From the NCBI GenBank assembly GCA_951406725.2, contig OX597826.1, positions 33,976,001-34,040,000 on the forward strand: a DNA stretch of 64,000 nucleotides, in the 5' to 3' direction. The translations under genes and the position numbers were made by a program. Source of the DNA: Octopus vulgaris. Lineage: Eukaryota. The notes under the pieces were generated by a model. That model searched no databases. It saw nothing but the letters and a program-made list of their open reading frames with translations, and was not told the DNA's origin. Of this stretch, positions 40,421 to 52,947 are shown piece by piece. Positions within the stretch are counted from its first letter, which is position 1. The number at the start of each line of letters is the position of its first letter.

Positions 40421-41060
40421 CAACTGGTTATCAAATACAGTTCAATATTCTTCTAGCCATCGCTCATCGTCTCTTTTTAACGAAATCCAGTGGCTAGCCT
40501 TTTCCACTGTAGTTTGGATATCTTTTATGGTGGTATTTACTTTACGATGAGTTAGGCCTAACGATAACTTACTTGAGCGATAGACATATAATTAATCGAC
40601 TGCACCTGGCATCTTGATTATCTTTAATGGGATTCACTCTGTTCTCCGGTTTGTAGATAACTTCCCCCTCTCTCTCTTTCCCATCAGTCTCAGGGACACT
40701 GGAAAAGATTATGGATATTTCTGTCCTGACCTAAAAAAGATACAAAATGTGTACAGGGTATGTCAACGTAAGATCTTTGTGTTGTCTTTATTTTGGTCGA
40801 TTGTCTCTATGCTAATGCGTAGAATATAAACATTCTCACAAGCAAACAGACACATAGTCATATACACATAAATAATCTAATACATACATAATGGAATCAA
40901 TTATGGCTTGTTTCGCTTGCATGAACAGATTGACAAATGACATAAGAAGCACTAGAATATACCTGGCATGGAAGAATTTTCAAAGGAAAATACGAAGTGG
41001 GGTTTCTCATTGTCTTTTTACAAGACATTTTGTTTGTATTGGTTACAATCCATTGAACGA

Positions 41061-41114
<54 letters not shown>

Positions 41115-41304
41115 CAAAGAGAATTACTCCTAAGTACTCGATTGGTATTATATAAAATGAGTTATAAAATAATAAGTAAGCATGATCTCCGTGCGATTCG
41201 AACTTCTAGTCTACAGATACAAAACAAATAATGTAAGACAATTTACCCAACGCTTTAACAATTCCATCAGCATTTGCCGACTCGTCCACAGAGGATCAAC
41301 ATTA

Positions 41305-41520
41305 TTCTTTTCTACTCAAGGCACAAGGCCTGACATATTGGGGGAGGGGGCCAGTCGATTAGATCGACACCAGTACGCAACTGGTACTCAATTTATCGAC
41401 TCCGAAAAGATGAATGGCAAAGTTGACCTCGGCGGAATTTGAACTCAGAACGTAAAGACGGACGAAATTCCGCTAAGCATTTTGTGCTGCATGCTAACGA
41501 TTCTACCAGCTCACTACCTT
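41305..41520 (-). mobile_element. SINE family A, full length
   Basis: CTTTTCTACTC.AGGCACAAGGCCTGA...AACTGGTACT.AATTTATCGAC.CCGAAA.GATGAA.GGCAAAGT.GACCTCGGCGGAATTTGAACTCAGAACG...GCTAACGATTCT.CCAGCTC. Confidence 0.9.
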
Positions 41521-41963
41521 ACCCTTACATGAGGCCGACATTATTGAAAGATGTAAATGTATGAATAGCTAAAGATGATGAGGTTAATAGTTGGAAAAAT
41601 TATCATTTTAATAACAATAACTCATGTTAATAACTGAAGTCATTTAAATATTGCATCTATTCAATCCATCCTCTGTTCCTACCTCTACAACCCTTCCTCA
41701 TTACATCTACAATTCTAATTAAGCATTAAAAAATGCTGTAAAATTATATTAGTGTTATCTTGATGTTATCTATTCATTAAAATGGTTCTAGATTGAAATC
41801 CTGCTGCGATCATGGTTGTCTTTGATCCTTGCAGAGTTCAAGAGATCACAAATAGTTGAGTGTTTTGAGTTAATTTAGGAAAATATGCCCCTCCCTTGCG
41901 AATACAAATAAACATTGTCTGCATGTGTAATTACGCTACATTATTATTGTAATTAGTTGGGTA

Positions 41964-42560
41964 AAGCGGTGAGCTGGCAGAATCCTTAGTGTTCCAGGCA
42001 AAAAAAATACTTAGTGGCATTTCGTGCGTCTTTACATTCTAAGTTCGAATTCCGCCGAGGACGAATTTGCCTTTCCTCCCATTTGGGGTCGATGAAATAA
42101 ATACCACTCGAGCTCTGGGATCGATGTAATCGACTTACACCTTTCCTCAATCTTCCTGGCCTTGTGTCAAAATTTGAAATCTTAATTATTACAATTGATT
42201 AATTAATTTGTCGCCATTTCTTCTGTTTCTTTCTAAGTTCAAATTCCGCCGGAGTCGACATTGCCTTTCAACCTTTCGCTGTCAAAAAAAAAAAAGTACT
42301 AGTTGAATACTAAAGTTGATGCAAATGAATTAATCCCACCCTGAAGTTGCTAACCTTGTACTAAAATTTGAAATCATTATTATTTTTAGAATTGTTAGCA
42401 TGCCGGATAAAATGTTACATGGCATTTCTACCGCTTTTACATTATGAACTCAAATTTCGCTGACCTGAACTTTGTCTTTCCTTCATTCGGGGTCGACAAA
42501 ATAAGTACCAGTTGAGTCCTGGAGTCGACACTCCTTGTCCCTCGAAATAGGTGCCTATAG
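41964..42560 (+). mobile_element. Three tandem SINE family A copies
   Basis: Copies at ~41964-42180, 42212-42375 and 42388-42560, each with a B-box-like GTTC.AATTCCGC and a GTCGA..AAATAA.TACCA-like motif. Confidence 0.85.
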
Positions 42561-42609
42561 AAGAAAGAATACAAAACCTGTACAGTTAAGCCGGATTGGC
42601 AGAGTTTTT

Positions 42610-42995
42610 AGCTCTTACAGTGCTTCCCCACCACATAGTTCCTGGTTCAGTACTTCGAGCAAGTGTCTTCTACTATAGCCTCGGGCCGACCCAAGCCTTC
42701 CTCCGCACAAAGTTTCCATCTATTATCACCTATTCTATAAGGTTTTGCTTTACTAATAATTTCCCAAGTAATCGAAAATACTCTGTTACTATCTTTAAGA
42801 GCCCAAATTAGCCTATTAAGGCTGGTACAATTCGTTTTGTTCCTATTTCTAAACGAACTTAAATTATTGGTAATTCTCTGTTTAATATAACATGTGGTAG
42901 CACCTATATAGAAATATTCTCTATTCTCAAACCCTTCAAAGTGGCGTCCCAGCATGACCGATGAGAAATGACCGAAACAAGTAAAAGGTAAAAGA
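42610..42995 (+). mobile_element. SINE family B head and tail enclosing a foreign fragment
   Basis: The head ends CTTCTACTATAGCCTCGGGCCGACCCAAGCCTT (42699). The tail resumes CCCTTCAAAGTGG.G.CCCAGCATG.CC...ACCGAAACAAGTAAAAG (from ~42932). Confidence 0.75.
42698..42930 (-). mobile_element. Penelope-like GIY-YIG endonuclease fragment
   Basis: Open frame YFYIGATTCYIKQRITNNLSSFRNRNKTNCTSLNRLIWALKDSNRVFSITWEIISKAKPYRIGDNRWKLCAEE, matching PLE YIG.T...K.R..NH..SF...T.L...IW.LK...I.W.I...A.PY...C.LC..E. Confidence 0.85.
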
Positions 42996-43493
42996 TATAT
43001 AAATACATCAGAAACAGAGAATGGAGGAAGTCACGAAATTCTTTGTTCAAATTCTCTGCAATTGCTTTGACTCATCCTGCATCTGTATCTCACAGGAGAG
43101 TTGCTGTCCAATTAATTGTCTTACATCACAGGTGCTGATTGAGTTCCCTCAGATGACTTGTTAAACAAGTACCTCGTTCTTTCTTCTCTCCATATCACCC
43201 AACTCTATTACGATATATTTTTAGGAAGTCTGCTATATTCTAGAAGTTTTCTTAAGAAACCCACCTGTGAGGTACAGATGCAGGACTAGCCGAAGCAATT
43301 GTAATGGAATTTAAGAAACTCATAAATTCTATTTTTTGTATCTGAATGTATTTATATAAACTCCACAGACACCAAGGAATTCCTGAAGTAAATCCAGGAT
43401 CATAAGGTACCACTACTGATGTTGACATCTGTTAGCCAATAACTATAGACATGCTTTACACAGCATCCTACGAGGTTTATACGCGAATAATTT

Positions 43494-43535
<42 letters not shown>

Positions 43536-43584
43536 TATATACATACATATATGTACATACCTACATATATATGTATTTATACAT

Positions 43585-43730
43585 TCATATATGGGTACTG
43601 GACATAAAAAAATAAAACGTTAAGCACAATGAGAAACGAAAACGTAGAAAAGGAACCTTTTTTTCGAACAACGAAAAAAACAGAGAAACGAGACATGCAA
43701 CATAAAGAATATTCCCCTTCATCTGTTGGT
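43585..43730 (-). mobile_element. Half copy of foldback-type repeat family
   Basis: ATATATGGGTAC.GGACATAAAAAAA..AACG...AATGAGAAACGA.AAC...GAAACGAGACA.GCA.CATAAAGAA.ATTCCC.TTCATC, matching 50236-50390. Confidence 0.75.
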
Positions 43731-43859
43731 TTATTTTTAAAGACTTATTGAAATTTGTTGTAGAGATCACGTCTTTCTGTCTCAGCTGTTGTAAATCAGG
43801 AAAATCTGTGAAACCAGTTAAGTCTGAGGAGCTCCCTGTGCATTTTCAACTTCTTTTAG

Positions 43860-43927
<68 letters not shown>

Positions 43928-44251
43928 TCACACACACACAGGTATACACAAGAGAAGGAGTGTGTATGTGCTTTCTGTAAATGAGTGTATCTGTGTGCTT
44001 TATAGCTGTCTATCAGCTCTATCAGGCATATTTCTCTTTAACATCTAATTCTAACAATATAAATACTCATACAAAACATGAATGAGTTTACCTTTTGCAA
44101 AATCAATATTATACTCCCACAAACACACTCAATCTCTCTGTCTCTGTCATACACACATACCCACATACATACATACATACATACACGCTCTATATCTTCC
44201 ACTCTGTTTCTTTCTTACTCGTCCTCTTTTTCTTATTCTGTCTCCTCTCTT

Positions 44252-44284
<33 letters not shown>

Positions 44285-44911
44285 AGCAGAGACTCTCACG
44301 TAATCAATTTCGTAGAGAGAAATTCAGGCGGAGTTGCATGTATACTATGTTGTATTTATGTAATGACATATTGTTCAAAGAATGTTCCTCTATTTTCACA
44401 TCTAATATCAAATTAATCAACGACACAACATTCTCAGGTAATGTCTGGCGAAGAATGACTGTAAGTAATCAGAATAACACAAACATTTATATCGCAGACA
44501 TTCTCGAAGATTTTGTTGAATAATTTAAAGGTTTCAAGTAGCAGACAATTAAAGAGAAGACTGCCACACAGTTCATATAATTAATAGGTCTGCATTGGGA
44601 AGATAAGTGTGTAGCTAATATGTAAAGCTTATGTCAATTGTTGTCACATGTCTGTTGAATGGCAGAAATGTTAATTTTCTTATTTGCATCGTATACAAAA
44701 GCTAAATATCATTTGCATATTTATTGAACAGTCAAGAATATCAGAGAATTATTGGAGTCAAACTAATAACGTCTGAAGATCATAATCTCACTTTTCGCTT
44801 CTCACCAGAACCACTAGAAAATTCTGGTGGGGAAGATAAAAAAAAAATTATTCAGGGAAAAGATTAAGTTGTGCAAGAAATAAATTTAAATGAACGGTTA
44901 ACTTTTATAAT

Positions 44912-45308
44912 GGTTTCAAATTTTGGCATAAGGCCAGCAATTTCGGAAGAGGGGAAATCGATTACTTTAACCTCAGTGTTCAAATGGTACTTATTTTATT
45001 GACCCCGAAAGGATAAAAAGGTAAAGACGACCTCGGCGGAATTTGAACGCAGAACGTGATGATGGACGAAATACCGCTTAGCATTTTACCCGGCATGCTA
45101 ACGATTCGGCCAGCCCATCGGCTTATTCTTACCTATTATAATCGATTAAAATTTTGCCACAAGGGCAGCAATTTTGGAGGAGGGGATGAGTCGATTACAT
45201 CGACCCCAGTGTGTAACTGGTCATTATTTTATTGACTCCAGAAAGGATGAAAGGCAAAGTCGATCTCGGCGGAATTTGAACCCAGAACATAGCAACAGAA
45301 GAAATACT
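44912..45308 (-). mobile_element. Two tandem SINE family A copies
   Basis: Copies at ~44912-45124 and 45148-45308, with CTCGGCGGAATTTGAAC.CAGAAC. Confidence 0.9.
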
Positions 45309-46131
45309 TTAAATTCTATAATAAAGATATTTTAAAATTCACCCTTAAGAAGCAGTGAATTGGCAGAGTCGTTATATCATCAGAAAGACTACCTCTTGGT
45401 ATTTCTTCCAAAATTCAGTATCTCGAGTTCAAATCCCACCAACGTTCAACTTTGTCTTTCATTATCTCCAGGTTGATAAAAGACGGGCAGAGGAGTAAGA
45501 ATATTAAATCGGATATCTTTTAGTATTTGGATCTCTGCATTTCAAGTTCGAATTACACCATGACCTACTTGGGTGGTAAACATATTCTAACACCCGGCTT
45601 AACACCGCCACCTGGTGGTAGCCTTCAACAGAGATTTACCTTCTCTCCATTAGCATTGAAGGCTCTCTAAATGATCATGGGCAATGTCTTCTCTCCTGAC
45701 AAAAATATGAAATGAATCATCTATAATAATCCAGTGATTTCAATAGAAAACATTAAAGATGTTGTCTTGAGGAACTGTGTCCAGAGTTAAGGGTAGGTTC
45801 TCCCTCGGATTTTGATGATGGGAAAACACTTTGCTGGCCCTCAGAATTCCTACTTGTTAAATGAATGTGTAACTCTGAGTTCAGATTCCAACGAGGTTAA
45901 CTTTGTTTTTCATACATTCAGCATTTAGTTATAGTGCTAATCAAGGCCTTGGATTGGTAATGTATCGCAGTGAGTTCCATGGCTATGTGTACTGTGAAAC
46001 CTTAATGGAATTCTCTGGCCAAATCAACACGGAAGTATGTGGCATTCCAAGAACATTTGAATTATTGATGCAATCAGCGAGAGAGAGACAGAGATAGAGA
46101 TATAGATAGAGATATAGATAGATAGAGATAG

Positions 46132-46191
<60 letters not shown>

Positions 46192-46474
46192 AAAGAGAGA
46201 GAGGAAGAGAGAGAATCGACAGGATTAATCCTTTATCGAGAATCTAGAGTGAAAAGATGAAATACACAGTTGATGAGATTTTGAAGTCCGAGTATAGAGG
46301 GACAAAAGAAATGTCTCAAGCAATGATATTCTAATGTTTTGCTAATTTGATGGCTTCTTTAATCATTATTAATACTTCATTGTTGACTCTAAAGTTGAAG
46401 ACATTGAATTAAAATCGCTTCTGCACAGAGTCGAGATGTGGATCATAAAGAAGCAGGTTAAAGTTCAATTTGCT

Positions 46475-46529
<55 letters not shown>

Positions 46530-46737
46530 TTTCGGTGCGAATGGTGTTTTTATACGGCGCCGTTTTTACAATCCTGTAAATAATAATAATGGTATTTTTT
46601 TTATACAAGCTTAAAGCTTATAGCGATCACCGTGCAATGACTAAAAAAATGGGGCGCATAAGCCCTCGACAGAAAAAAGAAGGCTTTCCTATTCGCATGG
46701 AAGTCGAACCCACATCCCTTTGTTAACGTGACTAAGT

Positions 46738-46784
<47 letters not shown>

Positions 46785-47316
46785 ATAGTTTAGACTTCAC
46801 ACTAGGGTTGAAAACATGGCACAATGTGTATAGAGACATTGTACCCACCATACTGTTGTTTGCAATGCAGGGTAGGCTTTTCTGGTCACTGTTATGGCAA
46901 AAACAATATATCATGTTAGATGTTATCTTTTGGAGTCTTCCACAACCTGATAGAAGACGAAAATTACACAATTATATTGATGTTATTAGCAGATTCACAC
47001 AGCTAGTAATTTAGAACCTAGTAAAGCCAATGGGGACAGAGATTGCAGTTGCAGCCACTTGTAGAAAGGGAGCATTTTAATTCCATCTATGATTTCTCTC
47101 ACCTGTCATTATATAGACGTTCCTCTGTATAGATACAATATTATGTGGTAACCAGTAAATGCATATTTCCAGCGCTCCTCCACAGCCGTTAGTTTATTAT
47201 TTTGCGTTCTCTATCACAGATGTAACAATACTAGAGCAGATTTTGTTAAAATAAACATTGAATTCTTAAGTAATTGATGAGAGAAATAACCATTCATAAT
47301 CTTTATTATTCAACCA

Positions 47317-47470
47317 GGGCGGTGAGCTGGTAAAATCGCTTGCACAGGTCGACTTTTATTTTCATCTCTCCGGATCGACAAAATAAGCACCAGCTGAGCA
47401 ATGGGGTAGATGTAATCGGTTTACCCCAACTCTATCAAAATGGCTGGCCTTGTGCCCCAAATTTGAAGCC
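47317..47470 (+). mobile_element. SINE family A with internal deletion
   Basis: GGGCGGTGAGCTGGTAAAATCG joined directly to AGGTCGACTTT...ATCGACAAAATAAG.ACCAG...GCTGGCCTTGTGCC..AAATTTGAA. Confidence 0.8.
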
Positions 47471-49120
47471 AGTATCTATTATTAGATCCTTAAATAATCA
47501 TTAGGTTCCTAAAATAAGCAAAAACGCAAAAGAGAAGAAATAATCCGGTAGAACCAAACCTCATATGTTTCTCGTACTTACCAATCCCAAAGCTGATGAC
47601 CCATGTAGGGACTTAAAGGTGTTTCCCCTTCTCCAATATGATAGCTGGACTTTCACCAACATCTCCCTCCATCACACACACACCACAAACAAAACAGCTC
47701 CTTTGACTTTTGCAAAATTAGTTGACTCCATTTGATTATATTATTGGTTTTTGTTTTCATTGATTCACAGAAATGAAAATCCTAATTGGTTTTCATTAGA
47801 TTTAAATAGAAAATTATAGGTTACTAGGCTAAATATTGAATAGAATCTAGTTTGGTTACTTGCTTGCTAAACCAAACTACAAAATGGATAGCGAAATTAT
47901 GTTATTATTAAATATATGAATGTAAAACGTGAATATACGCTCGTAACGAATTCCATTTAAATTTGTTATATTTCAGATTTCCTGATATTTGAACAATGTT
48001 TAACATGGTTACTCTAAAATATTCAATCAAACATCGCTAGCTATGTTACATGGTTAGCTACAAAGCAAAATAGGTCATCTGTGTGTTTGATAAAATATCA
48101 TTCAACAGGAACAGAATTAATATGATACTTTCTAGGTTTATTATTAACACAATAAAAAAGAAAATGGAAAAGAACCACTTAAGCAGTTGTTTTCCAAAAC
48201 TTTAGATTCTGTTTATGTGTGCCTAGTCATTTTTTTTTCAGACAGACCACAGTTCAAGATTGGTTGCGCACCTTATGTCTAAAGAAGTCCCATGTTTAAA
48301 GTGAGATTAAGGAAATAGCAAATTAACGTAAAGAAATATGTATAAGTTATAATGAGGTTAGTTTTGTCTTCCATCTTATTGACGTTGATAATTAATGTTA
48401 TCGGCCCAGGACAGTGGGTTGCAGTGGATTGTCAACATTTTTAGAGACGGCTCGTATATCTGTTAGGTTCATTCCATTTTGAAAGAAGCACATGTGATAA
48501 TACAGGTATTGTTTTTATCTAGGAAAACATCAATGGCGCGGACAGGAGCGAACCGCATGCATCAGTAACAGCCGGTTTTCCAGGTTCTCTACGAAGGGCT
48601 TTGTCCAGGTTTGTTACTCAGAGACAATCTTTCGAGGTCCATGGTTTTATGAGATTTAAGGAGAAGCTGAACAAATGTTTGAAACAATAAAAATACACTT
48701 AATAGAAAACAGTCATAAATATTCTAATAGAAGATTAGTAGTTTCAAGCTTGTGTCCTAATGTGGAAATCTTTCATATATGACTTAGATTTTATAAAATT
48801 GATTAAAAGATGCAAATCACATTCATATCTAATCTTCTTTTCGTCTAAAAATTGGTTATTGGGAAACTTTATAGAACTCATTGCCCAAAGCTGTTTTATT
48901 TTAATGAATTCCTCAGAAGAAGGGCAATGCTTAGGACTCCTTTTCAGGGCCTTCACTTATGGTGGCAGAGTGAAGAACTTATTTCTTCAACAAGAAACAT
49001 GACCCAAATGCTTGCATCTAAGTGGACTCTAATAAAGGTTCCGAAGAGATAGATGGTGTTACCAAACTGGATAACGATTTATTCTGTCAACTAAGAGAAG
49101 AGAAACTGGAAATTCACCAA

Positions 49121-49276
49121 TGATGGGTTTCCACTCTGATTCTGTCTACCAAATCAAATTCACAAGTATCATTGACTTTGAAGCTGAGGTAGAAGACACT
49201 CGATCAAGATACCGTACTGTGGTATTGAACTAGAAAAGACGGAGTTACAAGTGAACTTATAAACCACACCTACCTG
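49121..49276 (-). mobile_element. SINE family B, old 5' half
   Basis: TGTCTACCAAATC...TCACAAG...GTAGAAGACACT...CAAG...GTGG.ATTGAAC. Confidence 0.6.
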
Positions 49277-49905
49277 TATGCATAACTGTGAGATGTTGGA
49301 ATAAATGCATAAGCAGCAAAAATAAAAAAAAAACATGTTTTCTTGCATAATCTATCTCCTCAGGGAATTTGCAGAAAGTAGAATGTACTTGTCTTTTAAT
49401 TCTACTTTCACCTTTAAGATCAATATATTTCTGTCATACATTTGGGAACAAGATATCCCTTGCTTCATCTTTGAAATCCTTAGGGATTTACTGTTCGACT
49501 ACGTTTGCTTTTAATATACGTTAATGAACTCTTGTTTTGTTATGGAAATTTGTATTCTACTTCAATTTTAAATCACTCGAAATCCATTTGCCATTGAGAA
49601 GTCACTGAATTCTATGAGGAATAGAAGTATTACTTGTTTAGAAAGATTCATAGAATTGAGAGTGCATTGAATAAAATTTCTGGTGGTATATAGGTATGGG
49701 TTTTACGTTTTGGATTCGAGTCCCAGCAAGGGAAATTCAGTTGTTTATTCCTCCAGGTTTATGAAATAAAGTACCAGTGAAGTTCTGGGTCGATTTATAT
49801 TACTATAATGTAAACATGATATAACTGAAACTACAATAGCTGACTGAGACCAAGATAATGATTATACATACACAGAGTTATATATATATACATAGATAGA
49901 TAGAC

Positions 49906-49952
<47 letters not shown>

Positions 49953-49967
49953 TAGATAGATAGATAA

Positions 49968-50002
<35 letters not shown>

Positions 50003-50021
50003 TACATACAGGCAGGCAGGC

Positions 50022-50115
<94 letters not shown>

Positions 50116-50225
50116 AACTTACGTGGAAATGGATACGTGGCTTTCGATCATGAAATAATATAAATAATATATGAATATATGCAAATATACATACATATAT
50201 GCACATACTTACATATATATGTATA

Positions 50226-50526
50226 TATACATGCATATATGGATACAGGACATAAAAAAAATAACGTAGATAAAATGAGAAACGAGAACATAAAAAACAA
50301 AAACATAGAAAACGAACTTTTTTGAACAATGAAAAAAAGAAACAAACAAAGAAACGAGACAGGCAGCATAAAGAACATTCCCTTCATCATTTGTCCCCTG
50401 TTTTATCTACTCCGCGTTCAAAGGTAGGGACAAATGTTCGTTTTCTATGTTTTTGTTTTTTATGTTCTCGTTTCTCATTTTGTCTACGCTTTTTTGATGT
50501 CCTGTACCCATATAGGCAGGTATATG
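50226..50526. mobile_element. Foldback element with ~90-bp inverted arms
   Basis: 50226-50318 is the near-perfect reverse complement of 50436-50526, with an inner CATTTGTCCC/GGGACAAATG pair. Confidence 0.85.
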
Positions 50527-50656
50527 TTCATATATGTATGTAAATATGAATATATTTATATATTATATATTATATTATAACATATTATATATTATATATA
50601 TATATATATGTTCATATATGTATATATGCATATATTTATATATTATATATTATATC

Positions 50657-50694
<38 letters not shown>

Positions 50695-50696
<2 letters not shown>

Positions 50697-51321
50697 AAAT
50701 GAGAAAATGGAGAAATATATCTAAATCAATCATCAACTATCAGATAATACCGAATCAATACTTTATTAAAACACTACACAATAGCAATGATATTATACAT
50801 TAATATAGTACAATAATTACAATCAATATGGTGAAATATAACTAAATAAATATAACAAGACGTAGAAATACATTTACATTGTAGCTGACAGCTGTTTCGG
50901 CCATGAAGACAGGTATGTCTCATTTAACCTATTAGCCATATAATGCAGGTATAAATGAGACATTAACAAGAATATCTTACGGCCTCTTCAGAGATTCTAA
51001 TGCAAGTATGAGTACAAATCCTAAATAATTTACAAATAAATATAAATATGAGTGCATACATACTCATATTCTTACATATATATATACACTATAATACAAT
51101 ATAAACAATATACATCAATATACATCAACAAACACAATAATGTTCCATATTGAACTCCACAGCTCCTCAACCAACATCAAGAAACCAACCACAACAGACA
51201 CACTCACACTCAATGCAGGCATATATATTAAACAGTTCAATATATTAAAATGTGTCACTTCACTAGCATTATATTGGATATATGTTATCCCATGGAGGGT
51301 TGAATTTACAACTCCTATCTC

Positions 51322-51324
<3 letters not shown>
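50695..51324 (-). mobile_element. Non-coding PLE-derived cassette in (TA)n carrying a hammerhead
   Basis: (TA)n on both sides, hammerhead at 50883-50995, minus-strand AATAAA at 50762-50767. The ends are weakly inverted (AAATGAGAAAATGGAG vs AAATGAGATAGGAG). Confidence 0.65.
50883..50995 (-). ncRNA. Type-I hammerhead ribozyme with fully canonical core and ~86-nt stem II
   Basis: Minus strand ATCT-CTGAAGA-GGCCGTAAGAT...ATGTCTCATTTA...TAAATGAGACAT...GTCTTCATGGCC-GAAA-CAGCTG-TC-AGCT. It has the G10.1-C11.1 pair, a perfect 12-bp inner helix, palindromic stem III and a GUC triplet. Stem I has one mismatch. Confidence 0.8.
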
Positions 51325-51363
<39 letters not shown>

Positions 51364-51429
51364 GTATGTATATGTACGTATGTGTGTGCGTATACAACAA
51401 TATATATGCATATATACAGCGATACAAAC

Positions 51430-51800
51430 TCACACATCGTTCTTCCTCCTCTTGCTTGATGAAGAATTGTAAGCGCAGGAAACGATTGTAACAAGTAATA
51501 ATCCGAGGGAGCTAGGTCTTGACTATATGCTGGTTGTGGTATCAGTTCGAATCTGTCAAGTTCCTGGAGTTTATTCTTGGCCATTCAAGCAGTATGTAGT
51601 TCATACATCATATTACTGTAGAAGATCACGCTTTCTGCTAACCAATACCGGGATGTTTTGCCGCACAATGGTACACATCCCTCCAGCTGTTCGAGGTACA
51701 GGTTGGCATGGATGGTTCGACCGTCTGGAACAAACCTATTGTGAATTATCCTCTCGAAATTCTACTTGAGGCAGAGCATCCCCTTGTGTTCGGAACGCCT
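51430..51800 (-). mobile_element. Mariner transposase pseudogene fragment
   Basis: FVPDGRTIHANLYLEQLE...HTA*MAKNKLQELDRFELIPQPAYSQDLAPSDYYL (mariner YSPDLAPSDY motif). Confidence 0.9.
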
Positions 51801-51875
51801 ATGTTTGGCGACAAGTTCCGCAAGATGGTCTTTGCTTAACCACTACTTATGTACATTATGATTAAGGAAAGATAC

Positions 51876-52153
51876 CTCCCTCAGATTATTACTTTCCCCG
51901 ATGAATAGTTCACTTCCTGCACTTGCGAAGCTTTATAAACCAAAAAGAGGTGGATGTTTCAGTAAAGGAGTTCTTCGCCACGAAGACAAGAACTGGTATC
52001 GGCGTGGGACTAAAGAACTGGCAGAAAACGTGTCTTTAGACTGTGACACACGATGGCTTCTACTTTGAATGCTAGGCTGCTTTTGTTGCAACTTCAGGAA
52101 TATAACAAATAAGTTACTACTAAAATATTTATAAAACTTTCGACTCAACACTG
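51876..52153 (+). mobile_element. Mariner transposase C-terminus and right end
   Basis: PSDYYF...HFL..RSFINQKEVDVSVKEFFA.KDKNWYRRGTKELAE...HDGFYFE. It ends AAAACTTTCGACTCAACACTG-TA. Confidence 0.85.
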
Positions 52154-52871
52154 TATGTATGTATGTATGTATGTATGTATGTATGTATGTATGTATGTGT
52201 GCAGAATTTAGAATTATTGTATATTAAATAGAATATACCACTCAGTATGTGTCAAAATATGTAGATTATATAGCATACTTAAATATTACCGAAGGAAAAT
52301 GACAAAGTTGCATAAATTTTATGATATATATTACAGAATCATTATAAATGTAAAAGCTTAACTGGTAAGAGAAAATGAAAGTAATACTTTTTGCAAACTT
52401 TATTTCGATAATAACGTACCTGCCAAAATATGGTACTATATTGGTGAGAAAAGATATGGGTTTTATGAGTTATCTGCAAGAAATGAGGCAAAGTGGAACT
52501 TTTAAAAATTATACTGACTTGCTAAAATCAGTAAATAGAATAATTGGCTCCGTTAGAATTCAATAGTTTATAGATTTTAGTCAGTATATTTCATTGACTT
52601 CTGATGCCGTTTTCTTGTAATCTCCAATTGATATTACAATTTCTAATGACGTCATCAAAGAGAATCAATTAATTTGGGGAAATTATATTTTTGATCTTCA
52701 TTAATCGAATACAAAATCCATTAAAAAACTTGTATAAAATTCTAGGGCATAAACAGTAAAGGAATCGTACGCCTGATATGTGACGGGTGATTTGATATTT
52801 AGTATCTAATACTTCTCCTATCGACCGGCATAATGTTGAAATCGTTGCAAACCTCTACTTTGTAAATATTC

Positions 52872-52947
<76 letters not shown>

